Source: Auanema rhodensis
Taxonomy: Eukaryota > Animalia > Nematoda
Assembly: GCA_964057225.1 (NCBI GenBank)
Contig: OZ059899.1
Coordinates: 5,456,001-5,520,000, forward strand
Length of the DNA stretch: 64,000 bases
Reading direction: 5' to 3'
Shown: piece after piece, positions 1 through 11,915 of the stretch
Layout of the letters: each line of letters begins with the position of its first letter
How positions within the stretch are numbered: the first letter of the stretch is position 1
Made by a program: the position numbers and the translations under genes
The notes under the pieces: generated by a model
The model's input: only the letters and a program-made list of their open reading frames with translations
What the model was told of the DNA's origin: nothing
Database searches by the model: none

Positions 1-301
1 AACTTTATGAAGATGGCATGTTTAAGATTGTTCCGTTTAATATGAATTATTTCTTAGCCCTTTTGCCTCGAGCTAGTAATGCATTTTGCGTGTTTTATCT
101 TGTTTCAAATCTTTTTTGACACAGACACATTCGTTTTATCTACGAACCATGATCGTGTAAAGTATTTTGTACAAAATCTTCTATTTTCTCAAATTAAGAA
201 CAGTTTATACTTTTCTCACTTTTTTGACGAATTTGTCACGTTTTTTGGTCGTTAAGTTCATGTGTTTTATTTTATAGCCGAGTATTTAACTTACTAAAAA
301 A

Positions 302-3300
302 ATGTCAAATAGCGAAGAGCAGCGTCTAAGACAAAGAGTTCTTGAGGTATGTTCAGTTTTTACTACAATTATTTACTTTACTCTGTAGCATCTTCGAAGA
401 GATCCGGATAATTTGGTGAGTTCTGGTGACTTATATCTGGCTCTAGGAGGTCAAAAGGTTCTACGATACACAGAGACAGAATTTAGGTGCTGGCTTCATG
501 TTTTTCATGCAATTTATTTAATATTAACTCTTTAGAGAGTTTCTTCGAAATTCTTGTTCGTTTGTAGAAGAGCAGGAGAGTAAAGGAGATGAGAATCGTT
601 CACCTAAGTAACAATTGATGTTATTCTTTCTTAACCGTTTTGTTTTTAGATATGCTTTGCAAGATACTTTACGTAGAAAACGTACTAGTGTGAACAAATT
701 ACGTTCAGCTAGCTCATCTCACATCAGCTCGGATAAATCCAGAAAAGGATTTACTGTGCAAAAGGTTAACAACATATTTATGCAATCATTCAACGCAAGT
801 TCTTTTTAGGATGGATTCAGAGCTATTATCTGTGCTGCTAGGAGGTTATCAGAAACTTCAGGAGATGGAACTATTGTATGGAATGAGCTTAGAACTAATT
901 ACAGGTATTTTTTTGAATATATATATATATATATGGTCTTGAATTGAAATATTAATTTTTAGAAAGGAAACTGGAAGACATCTAACCGTAGATGAATTGA
1001 ATAACATGCTTGGCACCAAAAATCTTACTAAGTAAAAACTTTTTGAACATATTGTTTATTTAATTTTCATATACAGATTCCAAATTCTTACAACTAAGTT
1101 AAGTGGAATTATGGAGCCTGTTGATAATAAAGGATTAATTCTTCGATTAGTCAATTCAAGAAGCCTATCATCACCAAGTCCAATGAGAGTTTCATCAGTT
1201 TCTTCCAATGGATCTACTAACAGCGATCGTTTGTTTATTCATTCTTTTTGCTTTCATGGTTATCCTATTTCAGATACTTCCCCTCCACGTAGTAACCAAT
1301 TGTCAGCAACAAGTCCACAAGTAGATTTTTTTTGTTTGTTATCTACTATGTTTTCCTTTATTTTAGCGTTCTCCTTCTGAAATTGTGGAATCTGCCTCTC
1401 CAAAAACCGAGCCTTGCCTATCAACAGTATCTGAAAACAAAAATGAAGCTGTTTCGGTATCTGCTTACGAGTCTAACTCCGACGTCCTCACCCAGGAAAC
1501 AATTGTACGTGACGTAAAACTCAGAGAAAAGGCTCCAATTTCTAAAGACGTACTTGAGGCAAGTGTATATATCGAAGATTTTAATGTGAATAATACTCTT
1601 ATAGGGAGATGATGATGTTTTCACTTCAGAATCTAATGCTGAATTGAACACGCAAACTGTAAGTAATTGCTAGGAAAGCTTATATTTCTTTCATTATTTA
1701 CAGCACTTTGAGAATGATGAAGAGACTGTCAATAAATTTGCTGAGAGTTTAATTCAACATAGAAATTCTCTTCCAGATGAATTTGGAGATGAGGTTTTTT
1801 CATTCTGTTTTTCATTTCACTATTTTGTAATTTCTTACTTCAAGATTTATGGTGGAGAAGATGTGAATGTTACTGAAACAATCAACGCCGAAAAAGTTGA
1901 AGACTCAACTGTCGATAAATCTCAGTTTGATGAGAGTTCGATAGCTTTGAATGAACAGGTTTGTATATCAGATAAGTTCAATAAGTAATTTGCATTTTAC
2001 AGTCTGATACCAGCACTGGTATGAATGCAGCTTTCATCGCTGATGATTCTTTGAGAACATCTTTCTTTAGTCCAATGAATGGATCTGCCACCACATTTGA
2101 AACAAGTGGAGAGCATGGTTACACTACTTGTTCGGAGCAGGTTTTATATAGCTCATCAAACTTCGTTATCACTTATTTTCAGTTGAGTGATGCTGCTTGT
2201 GATATTTCTTTGAATATGTCTTGTGCTGAAAGTGTAGATCCACCTACACCTCGTAGAACACATGAGATCACTTTGTGCTCCAGCCGAAATGGTACATTAA
2301 CTGATATGGTATAAATTGTCTCCACATTGATTAATAGGATTGTTTTTGTTGCAGCCAGATCCAGATATTAGTCCTCTGTGTTCTGCCAGCCACAGCTTGG
2401 ATTCTCCTTCAATCTTCAACAGTATCCGAGAAGAGGTTTGCATAGTTGTATATCTATTCTCTGTATGTAAATATATCAATTAAGAAGGACGCTGTAACTC
2501 CAGAATCTGTGGTAGAACCTGTTCCTCTTCCTCGGAAAACTGTTTCCATTATTCCTGTTTCTGTACCATCCGAGCCTGTTGAAGATCTAACGCAAAAAAC
2601 TCCATTAAAAGATCAGTCTGTTATAGAAGTTGAGCAATCTCCCGCTAAGATTGCCAGCTCAACGGAATTGGATCCCATAAAAGCTGAGCAAATTTCGGAA
2701 AATATCAAAGATGTTGTACCATCCGAGCCTATTGATAACGTAGTTCAGATCAAGTCTGCTACTCCTGTAATTCCGCTGGATGATCATCCTGTTGTTGAAA
2801 TTACTCCAGAAAAAATTCAACCAGATATTATTATTGTTCAAGGCGATTCTGAATCCTCTCCAGTACCACTTGAACCTTTTACTGAAAATTCTCCAGTCCC
2901 TCACGAACCATTCACCGAGGATTCTTCAGTGCCACAGGAGGCTTTCATGGAGAAATCTTCAGTACCTTTTGATCCAACGACAGAATCCTCACCAACACCA
3001 GCTGAACCTACTGCTAACCAGTCACGTCTTTTGCGGGTGCCTACTGTAGAAGTTACTCCAGCTGATGACGATGTCAAAGTTGAAGAGCCAATCCCTTCGG
3101 AAACTATGAGAGCAAATTCATTTATCGAAGAAGTTTCAATTGTTACTGATACCGCTCACAAGGAAGATCCTGTTAATAAGAGCTGCACATTTATAGAAGA
3201 GTATTCCATTCTTAACGAAGATTATACACCTTCAGTACAGTCAACTGTTTCAAAGGATGTTGAGGCTGAACCCCTCACAGAAGATTCCACAGCTAGCGAT

Positions 3301-4069
3301 GATACCGAAGAGTTGGAAAAGCCATTGTGTCATAAATCTGAGAGTGTTAATACTGTTATTGAGCAGCCATTAACATTGGATGTTGATAACAAAGAAATTG
3401 ATAATGGGGAAGATGTACGTCTTATATTTTAAATAATAGATAAATAAATATTCTTTTTAGGAATCAGATATTCAATATGACAACGATGAGAGTAGCAACT
3501 CTTCTTCACCTGTTAAGACTGTTACCGTAGAGGTTGAACTTAAACCAAATACTGATGTTGAGGTTTTGAATTTTGGTTTGGAAGAGCTTTATAGTTTTTT
3601 TGAAGACTGTCCCCACAAACACTACATTTGAATTACAACTTCAAACTGAAACAACTGAAGTAGAGTTAAAGAAGGAGATTCCTGAAGCTATGCCCGAAGA
3701 AGACCAGCGATCCCCCGTTGATGACGAGCCTTCCAGAGAGCCTTCTGTAATTTCCAGAGAAGATACTGAAAAACAACAGGTACGTTCTTTAAAAAAAATT
3801 TTTTCAAGGATATCATTTTCCTAGGAGCCTGTTGTAATTGAACGAGAGGAGGATCGTATCGATTGTCTCTCCCCAGAAGCAGAATTACCCCAACAAGGTC
3901 TATTAGTAGATAAGCAACATCAAGATCCTGCCGAGGTGAGATAATGTTATTTCATATTGGATATCTTGGAATATTTTAATTGCAGACTGATTCTAAGCGA
4001 AAAAACAAGAAAAGGACTCGTATTGTTGCTCCAAGACGACGCATTTTTGACTGCTGTACTGTTCTTTAA
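302..4069 (+). CDS. Multi-exon unknown protein: two N-terminal winged-helix/LOTUS-like domains, long acidic Ser/Pro/Glu-rich disordered region, C-terminal polybasic + CaaX tail
   Basis: ATG at 302. GT-AG exons join in frame: MSNSEEQRLRQRVLE-HLRRDPDNLVSSGDLYLALGG...EFREFLRNSCSFV...DGFRAIICAARRLSETSGDGTIVWNELRTNYRKETGRHLTVDELNNMLG. Includes ORFs 2446..3432 and 3573..3824. Last exon 3986-4069 reads TDSKRKNKKRTRIVAPRRRIFDCCTVL*. Confidence 0.85.
2854..3018 (+). repeat. Coding tandem repeat, about 5 x 33 bp (11 aa)
   Basis: SSPVPLEPFTE/NSPVPHEPFTE/DSSVPQEAFME/KSSVPFDPTTE/SSPTPAEPTAN within ORF 2446..3432. Confidence 0.8.
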
Positions 4070-5070
4070 ATGTTCTCATTGTTCGCTTAAACTGGAATTT
4101 TCGACTTTAAAGCCTTTATTCTCATCAAAGCTTTAATAGGTGCTCATTGATTATGAATTGTCTAATTTTAAAGCTCTTGAATGTTACCAAACGTTCTTAG
4201 GTTGTTTGACTCATCTGGTCGGGTCCCTGAGGAACATTTACCTGTGCTATTATTTAATAATTATCTTTAAATTATGTCTCTATATTCTTTCTTCATTCGC
4301 CATACATTTTGCATGTTTTGCTCTTGTTTTTTTTTACATCTACATGAATATTTCTTAAGAAATTTCTTATTTGACAGTTAATGTATGGATTTCTACTTTT
4401 CTATTATAAAACATGTATAGTTCTTTGTTGTAAACGGACGAAAATTAAGGAGTGCCGTCTTTCTTTGACCACATGGTTTTCCTCAGACTTGCTGCTGCAT
4501 TAGTGATTATCCATCGATATCTTGAAGCATTGAAAATATCCATTAGTGGGAAATCTTGATGAAATCAAATGTGAAGGAATAGTGTAGCTAATCATACACG
4601 AACAAGGAGACTTGTGGTCTAAAAATTGACCTAAATTTCGTGGTCTGGTCGGGTATAGTCAGCATACGTGACATTATCTTCTTATTCCAGTGTTCAGTGA
4701 TAATCCGTCTCAGAATTCCTGGAGAAAGTGTTCGTATGAAATGAGGTTTTCTCACTTTCGTCTCATTTGCGAGTTTCACTTTTTAAAAACGAAGAAATTT
4801 ATTTTCATTATCTGTTACTTTTATTATTGAACTATTGCTTATATCTTTATAAATATAAAATATTTATTTAAAGTTCATGATTAAAAAACAGCAAAATGTT
4901 AATTGATGTGGCCTGTTGACCTTTCGATATGATCATTAAGGGGTAAGCAGGATTTTCGTTTTCATTATCATCTCAGATCACTTTCACTACGAAAAGTTTA
5001 AGTCAGATGAAGTTAAACGATATCTTATTTCTATAGTAGTTTTCTTTTTATTTCAGAAGATGTATCTTGA

Positions 5071-5075
<5 letters not shown>

Positions 5076-5123
<48 letters not shown>
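5076..5123. repeat. (TA)n microsatellite
   Basis: Uninterrupted TA dinucleotide run of about 48 bp. Confidence 0.95.
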
Positions 5124-5127
<4 letters not shown>

Positions 5128-7322
5128 TTATTTTTCTATTATATAAAGATATTCTACAATGAATTCGAAGATCAATTTTTATAGTTAGATCGAGGATTAG
5201 TCTTTAATTTATTTTCGGAAATCAAAAAATGTTTCCATCCTAATAAGATAATAAAGCTTTGTTTTGCCTTATTTGATCTACTACCCTCTTAGTTTAAACC
5301 ATTCTGATGTGAATTTGTCATAATAGCAATAGCATAGACTATCAGTCATCTATTTTTTAATGGATATATAGACAGAAAACAAAGTTTGTCATTATCTTCC
5401 ATTGTTTCGGCTTTGGTCTTCGTTCATTTTCCTTGTTTCTCTCTATTTCATCATCTTAATCATTTCATTTTCTCTTATTTGATGACCAGTTGAGATTATA
5501 TTGTGGTTGTATTACCATACCACCATAGCTGTATGATTTTGTCGTGTATGGACTGACTGTTTTACCAACTTGTTTCACCAGTAACTGTTTGTTTTCTTTT
5601 TTTTTTGCAAAAAAAGAAGGTTTCGCCGCTTTGCCTAACAGTGTATTAAGAGGTTTTGTATCAAGTCTGTATCAAGACAAATTAATCAATGTAAAATCAT
5701 CGAAAAAATGTTTTACATGTCTATTCACGTGTAAGAGAAGCCTTGATAAATCGTCTGGTCCGATGTAAGCTTCCGTAATGTTTGAAGGACAAACACCGTT
5801 TTCGAAATTAATGATTATATCATGTATCAAAGGTTATTGAAAAGATATATATTTTTATATACATTTACAGATGTGACGACCTCTTATATCATGGTCTATT
5901 CATGGATTATCGTACGACATACATTTTGCTATAACTATTGAGAATAGCCTAAAAATATATAATATAATATATATAAATGTTATTACTCTAATCGCTTTTT
6001 ATCTAGCTAATTAGTATTTGAATCATCAATCATAACAAGTCAGTTGCTCGAATAGTATGTGATATTGATAATTGATTTTATCAAACAAAATGTTGTAATT
6101 AGTTGTTTAATCTGTACTTTAAGCTTTGAAGTATATTTTATTTATTATAAATATGCCAAAAAATATTAAGTAGTACAACGATTGTAATCTTGACATTATA
6201 TTTCTTTATTTTGAACTATCTATTGCCCTCTTTCGCACTGGCTTATCGTACTTCACCCTCATTTCTTAAACCTCTTCATATAATTTTAACAATAAGTGTT
6301 CTATTGTTGATCGCAAAAGTTCATTTCGAAATCTTGAATATAATCCATTGAAATGTGTAATTTTCTTAGGTCACTGAGCATTAATAGGATATAGATGTTT
6401 AAAATGATACTAACTAGTTGAAATATCCAACTAAATAAAACATTTTTGATGAAGAATATTCTTTTAATATATGGGAAGTATTAACGCTTTATCTTTTGTT
6501 TTAACAGAATAATGAAGCAAAAACTGTTAGAAAAACGAAATTAATTACTTAGTTTTCATATTATCTTTACGTTTCTCATAGAAATCTATAAAACTTATTA
6601 ATTTATTTCCCCTCTCCGTCACTAAAGTTCTTTCTTAGTCATCTTCATTCTCAATTTTATTTTTGAATGACTACTATTTACAAGAAAATTTGAACCTATT
6701 CACATATTCTGCCGCGCTGTTTAAGGATGTGTCCATCTTTCGTCGGCTGTTCAAAGACCTTGTTGGTCGCTTGAGGTAGAAAGGTGGGGTTTGTCCAGAA
6801 GACGAACACAAACCGGATAGAGATATCGCCTTCATTGTGAAGTCTCAGGTAGGCTAAAGTCCGAAGTAGAAAATTTTTGCGACAAATGTCATCACAGCAT
6901 AACAGCATTGTTCAAATCTCGCTCCTATGTTCTCTCTCCTATTCACTTGCATCTTATCCTTATTCATATTTTCAGTTCTTCATACATACAGAGATACATG
7001 TACAGTTTCTCTCCGCTGTTATGTGCTGCCTACCTATTTCAAATTATCTAAATCTCTTTGTCATCACTTTCTGATGTATCCGTTTATTTTCTTGGAAATC
7101 TCACTCTGCAACTCGAAAAATGAAAGTTTCTTTATTTTGTTTGCATATGATTATATTCTTATTCTGCTGTTATTCACTATACATATTTATTTTATTAAAT
7201 GTTCTAATAGTATAATTTGTAGAGTTATCACAGTTATATTTATTCATTTATTTAATAATTTCTGTTTTATAGTTTAATCTGAAGTTACTGTATTCGATGC
7301 TTCTACCACTACCCCCTCTTCC

Positions 7323-7346
7323 CTCTCTCTCTCTCTCTCTCTCTCT
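7323..7346. repeat. (CT)n microsatellite
   Basis: About 12 CT units. Confidence 0.9.
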
Positions 7347-8907
7347 ACTCGTTTTACTTTTTCGTTAGTGATTAGCTTATATCAGTGCTTTAATATAGCT
7401 TATGGTAAAAAAACATAATTATATCCATTCGATTATATCATCTCCCACCCAAACATCATCCATTTACCCCTCCCCTTCTTTCATTCTACTACATAACAAG
7501 ATGCTTTCAATCTCTTGTTAGCTTTCATAATCATAATATTCATTGTATTATTCATCATCTAATCATCAAATAAGCCTACTTGTCATTCATTTCGTCTTCA
7601 GTTAGCTTTAACATCAGCTATAACAATTTGTTTCATTCATTTATCATAAGATATTCACATGATCTAGATACATATAACATCAGCTTTTCCATTCATCAAA
7701 TATCAATTTCTTTGTACATGGTCACTATGTATTAATTTCATAAATTCAATTTAAACTTGAACTCATATCCATTTCTTTTTAAATTTTCTGTAAACACCGT
7801 CTATATACAAGGACATTGATCAGATAATATCTGAAATCTTTCATCTAATGCTTCAAGCTCTTCGACAAGCTATTGTTTCTATACGTTGAAAATGAAAATT
7901 CCAGAAAGGTTTAGTGAAACTATTCGTCTTTATCTCAAAGCATATAGTTAAAAATTGATGCAAATGCTTCTTCAGACTGAAGATGTTCTGTAAAGTATAA
8001 TTGTTCTACTTAACGCTACAGTGTAGCGAGGACGTTCAAGAGGAAATTGTCGTATTAGGCAGATTTTAACTCTATGATGCATAAGAAGCATTATCCAATC
8101 TTATCCTTTGTGGACTGTAAAATATTTTATGAGCTAATTTTCTATTTAATTAGATTTTTCTTTTAATTGGCCTTCTCTACATGCTTACAACTCATTTGTA
8201 TATACGTCATTTCTCAGAATCTTGTTCTTCTAACGGAACATGCTTTTACACTTTTTTATCGTCTGTTCAAATGATAGACAGTCTAACGAAAGAGAGGTCT
8301 TAGAAAGGCTTATAAGAAAAATATCATTTCATTTGTTCATGTGAATGCCTAACAACGATTTGCGATCATTTGTACAAAGCTACGCTATATCGAGTTCATC
8401 ATCGCAAATATCTCTCAAAATTGCCAAAAACAATTCATTAAAGCACTTCATTCCTATATCCGTGACCTCGGGGATGAAATTCTTAGTTTTGACGCCCAAT
8501 TCATGTTGGATTAATGTAAAAAGAAACCATAAGTGAAGAAAGGTTGACTTCTCTTATTCTCCAAAATATTCCTCTCTCTGTCTAAATCTCTTGTACAGCG
8601 TTATATCGAAAGTTAAGCTTACGGCATACAATAGTATTCTCACTTTGACCCAGAAACTTCGAAATGTCCTTTGAAAACCAAATACTTTCATATTCGTACT
8701 GGTTTCATTTCCTTTTCATTTGTCTCTTCTTTTTTAAATATATGTTCCGTGAATAAGCATTATTTTCTTGATAATCTTATTCAACACCGGAGGTCTTTTA
8801 CCTATCAAATCTTGTTTACTTTCACCATTTTTTCGAATAATTATTCTGTCTGAAAGATTTAATGAATCACAAACTTCATCATTTTATTTCAGTTAGTTCA
8901 ATGTATA

Positions 8908-11699
8908 ATGCAGGACGGTTTAATGAATTTGTTATTTCCGAATAACCTTACGGACACGGTCCACAGTGAATTTATATCCACAAATGCTACAACTATTCCA
9001 TTTATTGATAGAATATTTTCAAATACCTCATTAGGTCATCGATTATTAGAACGGTAATTATTTTTAAATATTATAATTTCTCTTATAATCATTATTTTTC
9101 TTCAAACCACATTAAACCATAAAAATATTTATGCAGTCAGATTTATTTATTTCAATTCCAGACATACCCAATGTCCTAAAACCATAATATTAATCTAGTT
9201 CCAGACGGTTTTCTTTTTTTTCAGGATGACATTGACGAATCTTCGACATGCATTTTACCTGATTTCTCCATATGAAACTGCTGTACCAACATTAGAACAA
9301 GTTCCAAACTATAATGTTGAAGTATCAGCATGGTGGATCACATTCATTATAATTGAGTTTATTCTCTTAACTATATCTGGACATCATGATCGATTTGCTA
9401 TGAATGACTCCATCACATCTATATGTGCTGGAATGCTCAGTCAATGTTTCAAGTTTGTTTCATTTCATTTCATTCATATTTCGTAATTTAATTTCAAAAG
9501 TTTCAAATCCTAATCAACATAAGTAATTTAAAAAAATTGTTTCTCACTTTGATCATCAGTTCGATTTATGTCCGGCGAATAGAAAACAAAGTGATAATTC
9601 TTAAAGATGTGTTTCAAAGATCAATTGAAAATCATTCACAGAACTAGGAAAAAAATAAAAAAATAAACTAAACTTTGGAAAAACTTCCAAATATATATTA
9701 ATCTTATGTTCAGAAGTAGTGATACTTATTATATCTGATTTTTCAGTTTTATTCTATCTTTGATTTTCAAAATCAACTATTTCTTATAAAAGTACATTCG
9801 ATTCTTCAATTCTGTTTTCTTTCTTTCAGATTCGGTGGTCGAACAGTCGCAATTTTTTTGTATGTTTATGTATGGAATACATTTCGTTTATTAGAATTAC
9901 CCTGGGATTCACCATGGACTTGGATATTATGTTTATTCTTTCAAGATCTAATGTACTATTTTGGACATCGAGCTGTACATGGTAGATTATTTATTATTTA
10001 TTTTATATAATAATGAGACAATGTAATTACACCGACGATGTTTCCAACATTCAGAACTCAAAGCGATTTCCTTGTAAATTTTTTTATTTTTATTTATAGA
10101 AGCTGGTTTCTTTTGGGGATTACATACTATTCATCATAGTTCGGAATATTACAACTTTTCGACGGCGTTAAGACAAGCTGCTATACAAGATGCTGGTCTA
10201 GCAATATATGATGTGATACAGGTAAATAATTTTATTTTAATCAAGTTTTTATATATTAATTTTTTGATATTAAAACAGATGTATACTTTGATTGATTAAT
10301 ATGAAATATTTCAGGCCTTCTTCATTCCGCCACCTATATTCTTAGTTCATCGATATTTTAGTGAAATTTTCCAATTCATAATGCATACGAGTGTTAGAAG
10401 TTTATATAATAAATTTTATTTATTAATTAATTTAGTTGGTTGGAACATTGGGACCATTAGGAATTATTTTTAATACCCCATCACATCATCGAGTACATCA
10501 CGGCCGTAATCCATATTGTATTGACAAAAATTATGGTGGAGTATTTATTATTTGGGATAAGGTAAATAATAATCATTATTATAATTATAATTATATAAGT
10601 GAATTTTTAATTTATTATCTGATTGTTGTCAGATGTTTGGAACATTTGAAGCTGAAAGAGCAGATGATCCTCCTGTATATGGACTAGTAACCAATGAGAA
10701 TAATTTCAATCAATTATATTTACAGGTAAACATTTAAACCAAATCCATCGTTTATAATTAGATTGTTTTCACAGTTTCATGTAATCTGGGATTTACTTAT
10801 TTTCAAAGGACAACAAAAAGATAAAGAAGGAAAACCTATTTTCCCTGGTGTTATGAATAAGGTTGTTTATAGCTAACAAACTTAATTGCATAATTATACC
10901 CATAAATTTTAAGATTAAAGCAGCCTTATATCCACCAGGATGGTTCCCGAATGTTCCGGTAATCCCATTTTTTCATTGGATGAGCATGGTAGATCCGGCA
11001 CATGGAGTTCCTGAAGTAAAACCTTATTTTACCTTTAAAGAAAACTCATAAACATTTTAGCCAGAGAAACCTGTAATTAGATATAATCCACAACTGCAAT
11101 TGTGGAAGAAATTTTATCTAATGAGCCATTTCTGTCTATTTCTGGCCATTTTCTTTCACTTCGAATATGATCGCAACAATCTTGGCTATATAAATTTCAC
11201 TGCAAAAATTGCGTTTTTTGCTTTGACAATGCAATCTTTTGGAGCATTTTTTGACCAAAGGTAAGGAAAACAATTGAACAATGGCTTTTATAACCTATTT
11301 AGATGGTTTGCACCTTATCTAGAAGTATTCCGATGTTTGGGTGTGTTGGGATTCTACGCTTTTCTGGTATTAGACCACATTGGACCAAAACCCCACAGAC
11401 TTTTTATGATAAGTATCCACACTATCTCATTAATAGTTTGGGTAGGTTATATCATAAAAGAGGTGGTTAGTTTAAAATATTATCAGCATGAAAACGTTTA
11501 TTCCAGAAAGTGAGTTCAGCTCAAAAAGCTTCACATGTATCACAAGTGCCAATAAAAACAGTCAGCGTATCTGTAAGTTTCATGATAACACAATTGAATA
11601 AGTACATATTGGGTTTAGATGATCTCTTCAAACTTGCCAGATTTAACTGTTAACTCAATAGCCAACGAAGCGAAAGCAAACCTTAGTTCGAGGATATGA
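8908..11699 (+). CDS. agmo-1: Alkylglycerol monooxygenase (fatty acid hydroxylase superfamily, His boxes)
   Basis: Spliced product ...[34 protein letters not shown]...[10 protein letters not shown]...[19 protein letters not shown]...[30 protein letters not shown] matches recalled AGMO/agmo-1. TTTCAG acceptor at 8887-8892 precedes the ATG. TGA at 11697-11699. Confidence 0.95.
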
Positions 11700-11915
11700 G
11701 TAAAATTAGTAATAATTCATATTGTTGTACAGAATTTGTATTTATTTTCTGTGAATCCGTAATATCTCAAAGATAAATTATTTTTATTAACATTTTCTAT
11801 CGAATAAAAGAATAAAGAATAACCAAGAACATATTATACACTTATAGACATGTACATAAATATTTGCATGAAGCATTGGCTATTTTCTAACAAAAAAAAT
11901 AGTATTACAGTTCTA

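Noticed and set aside
4441-4780. Possible Tc1/mariner fragment (FVVWSGIV) or minus-strand exons
   Set aside because: Only a short motif, with no DDE context, terminal repeats or convincing splice chain
6860-6895. Sm-site-like AATTTTTG suggesting an snRNA, SL or SmY RNA
   Set aside because: No recognisable U-snRNA or spliced-leader sequence; the motif is common in AT-rich DNA
6877-7277. Hydrophobic Phe/Ile/Leu-rich ORFs, also at 4140-4358 and 25646-25909
   Set aside because: Chance ORFs from T-rich non-coding DNA
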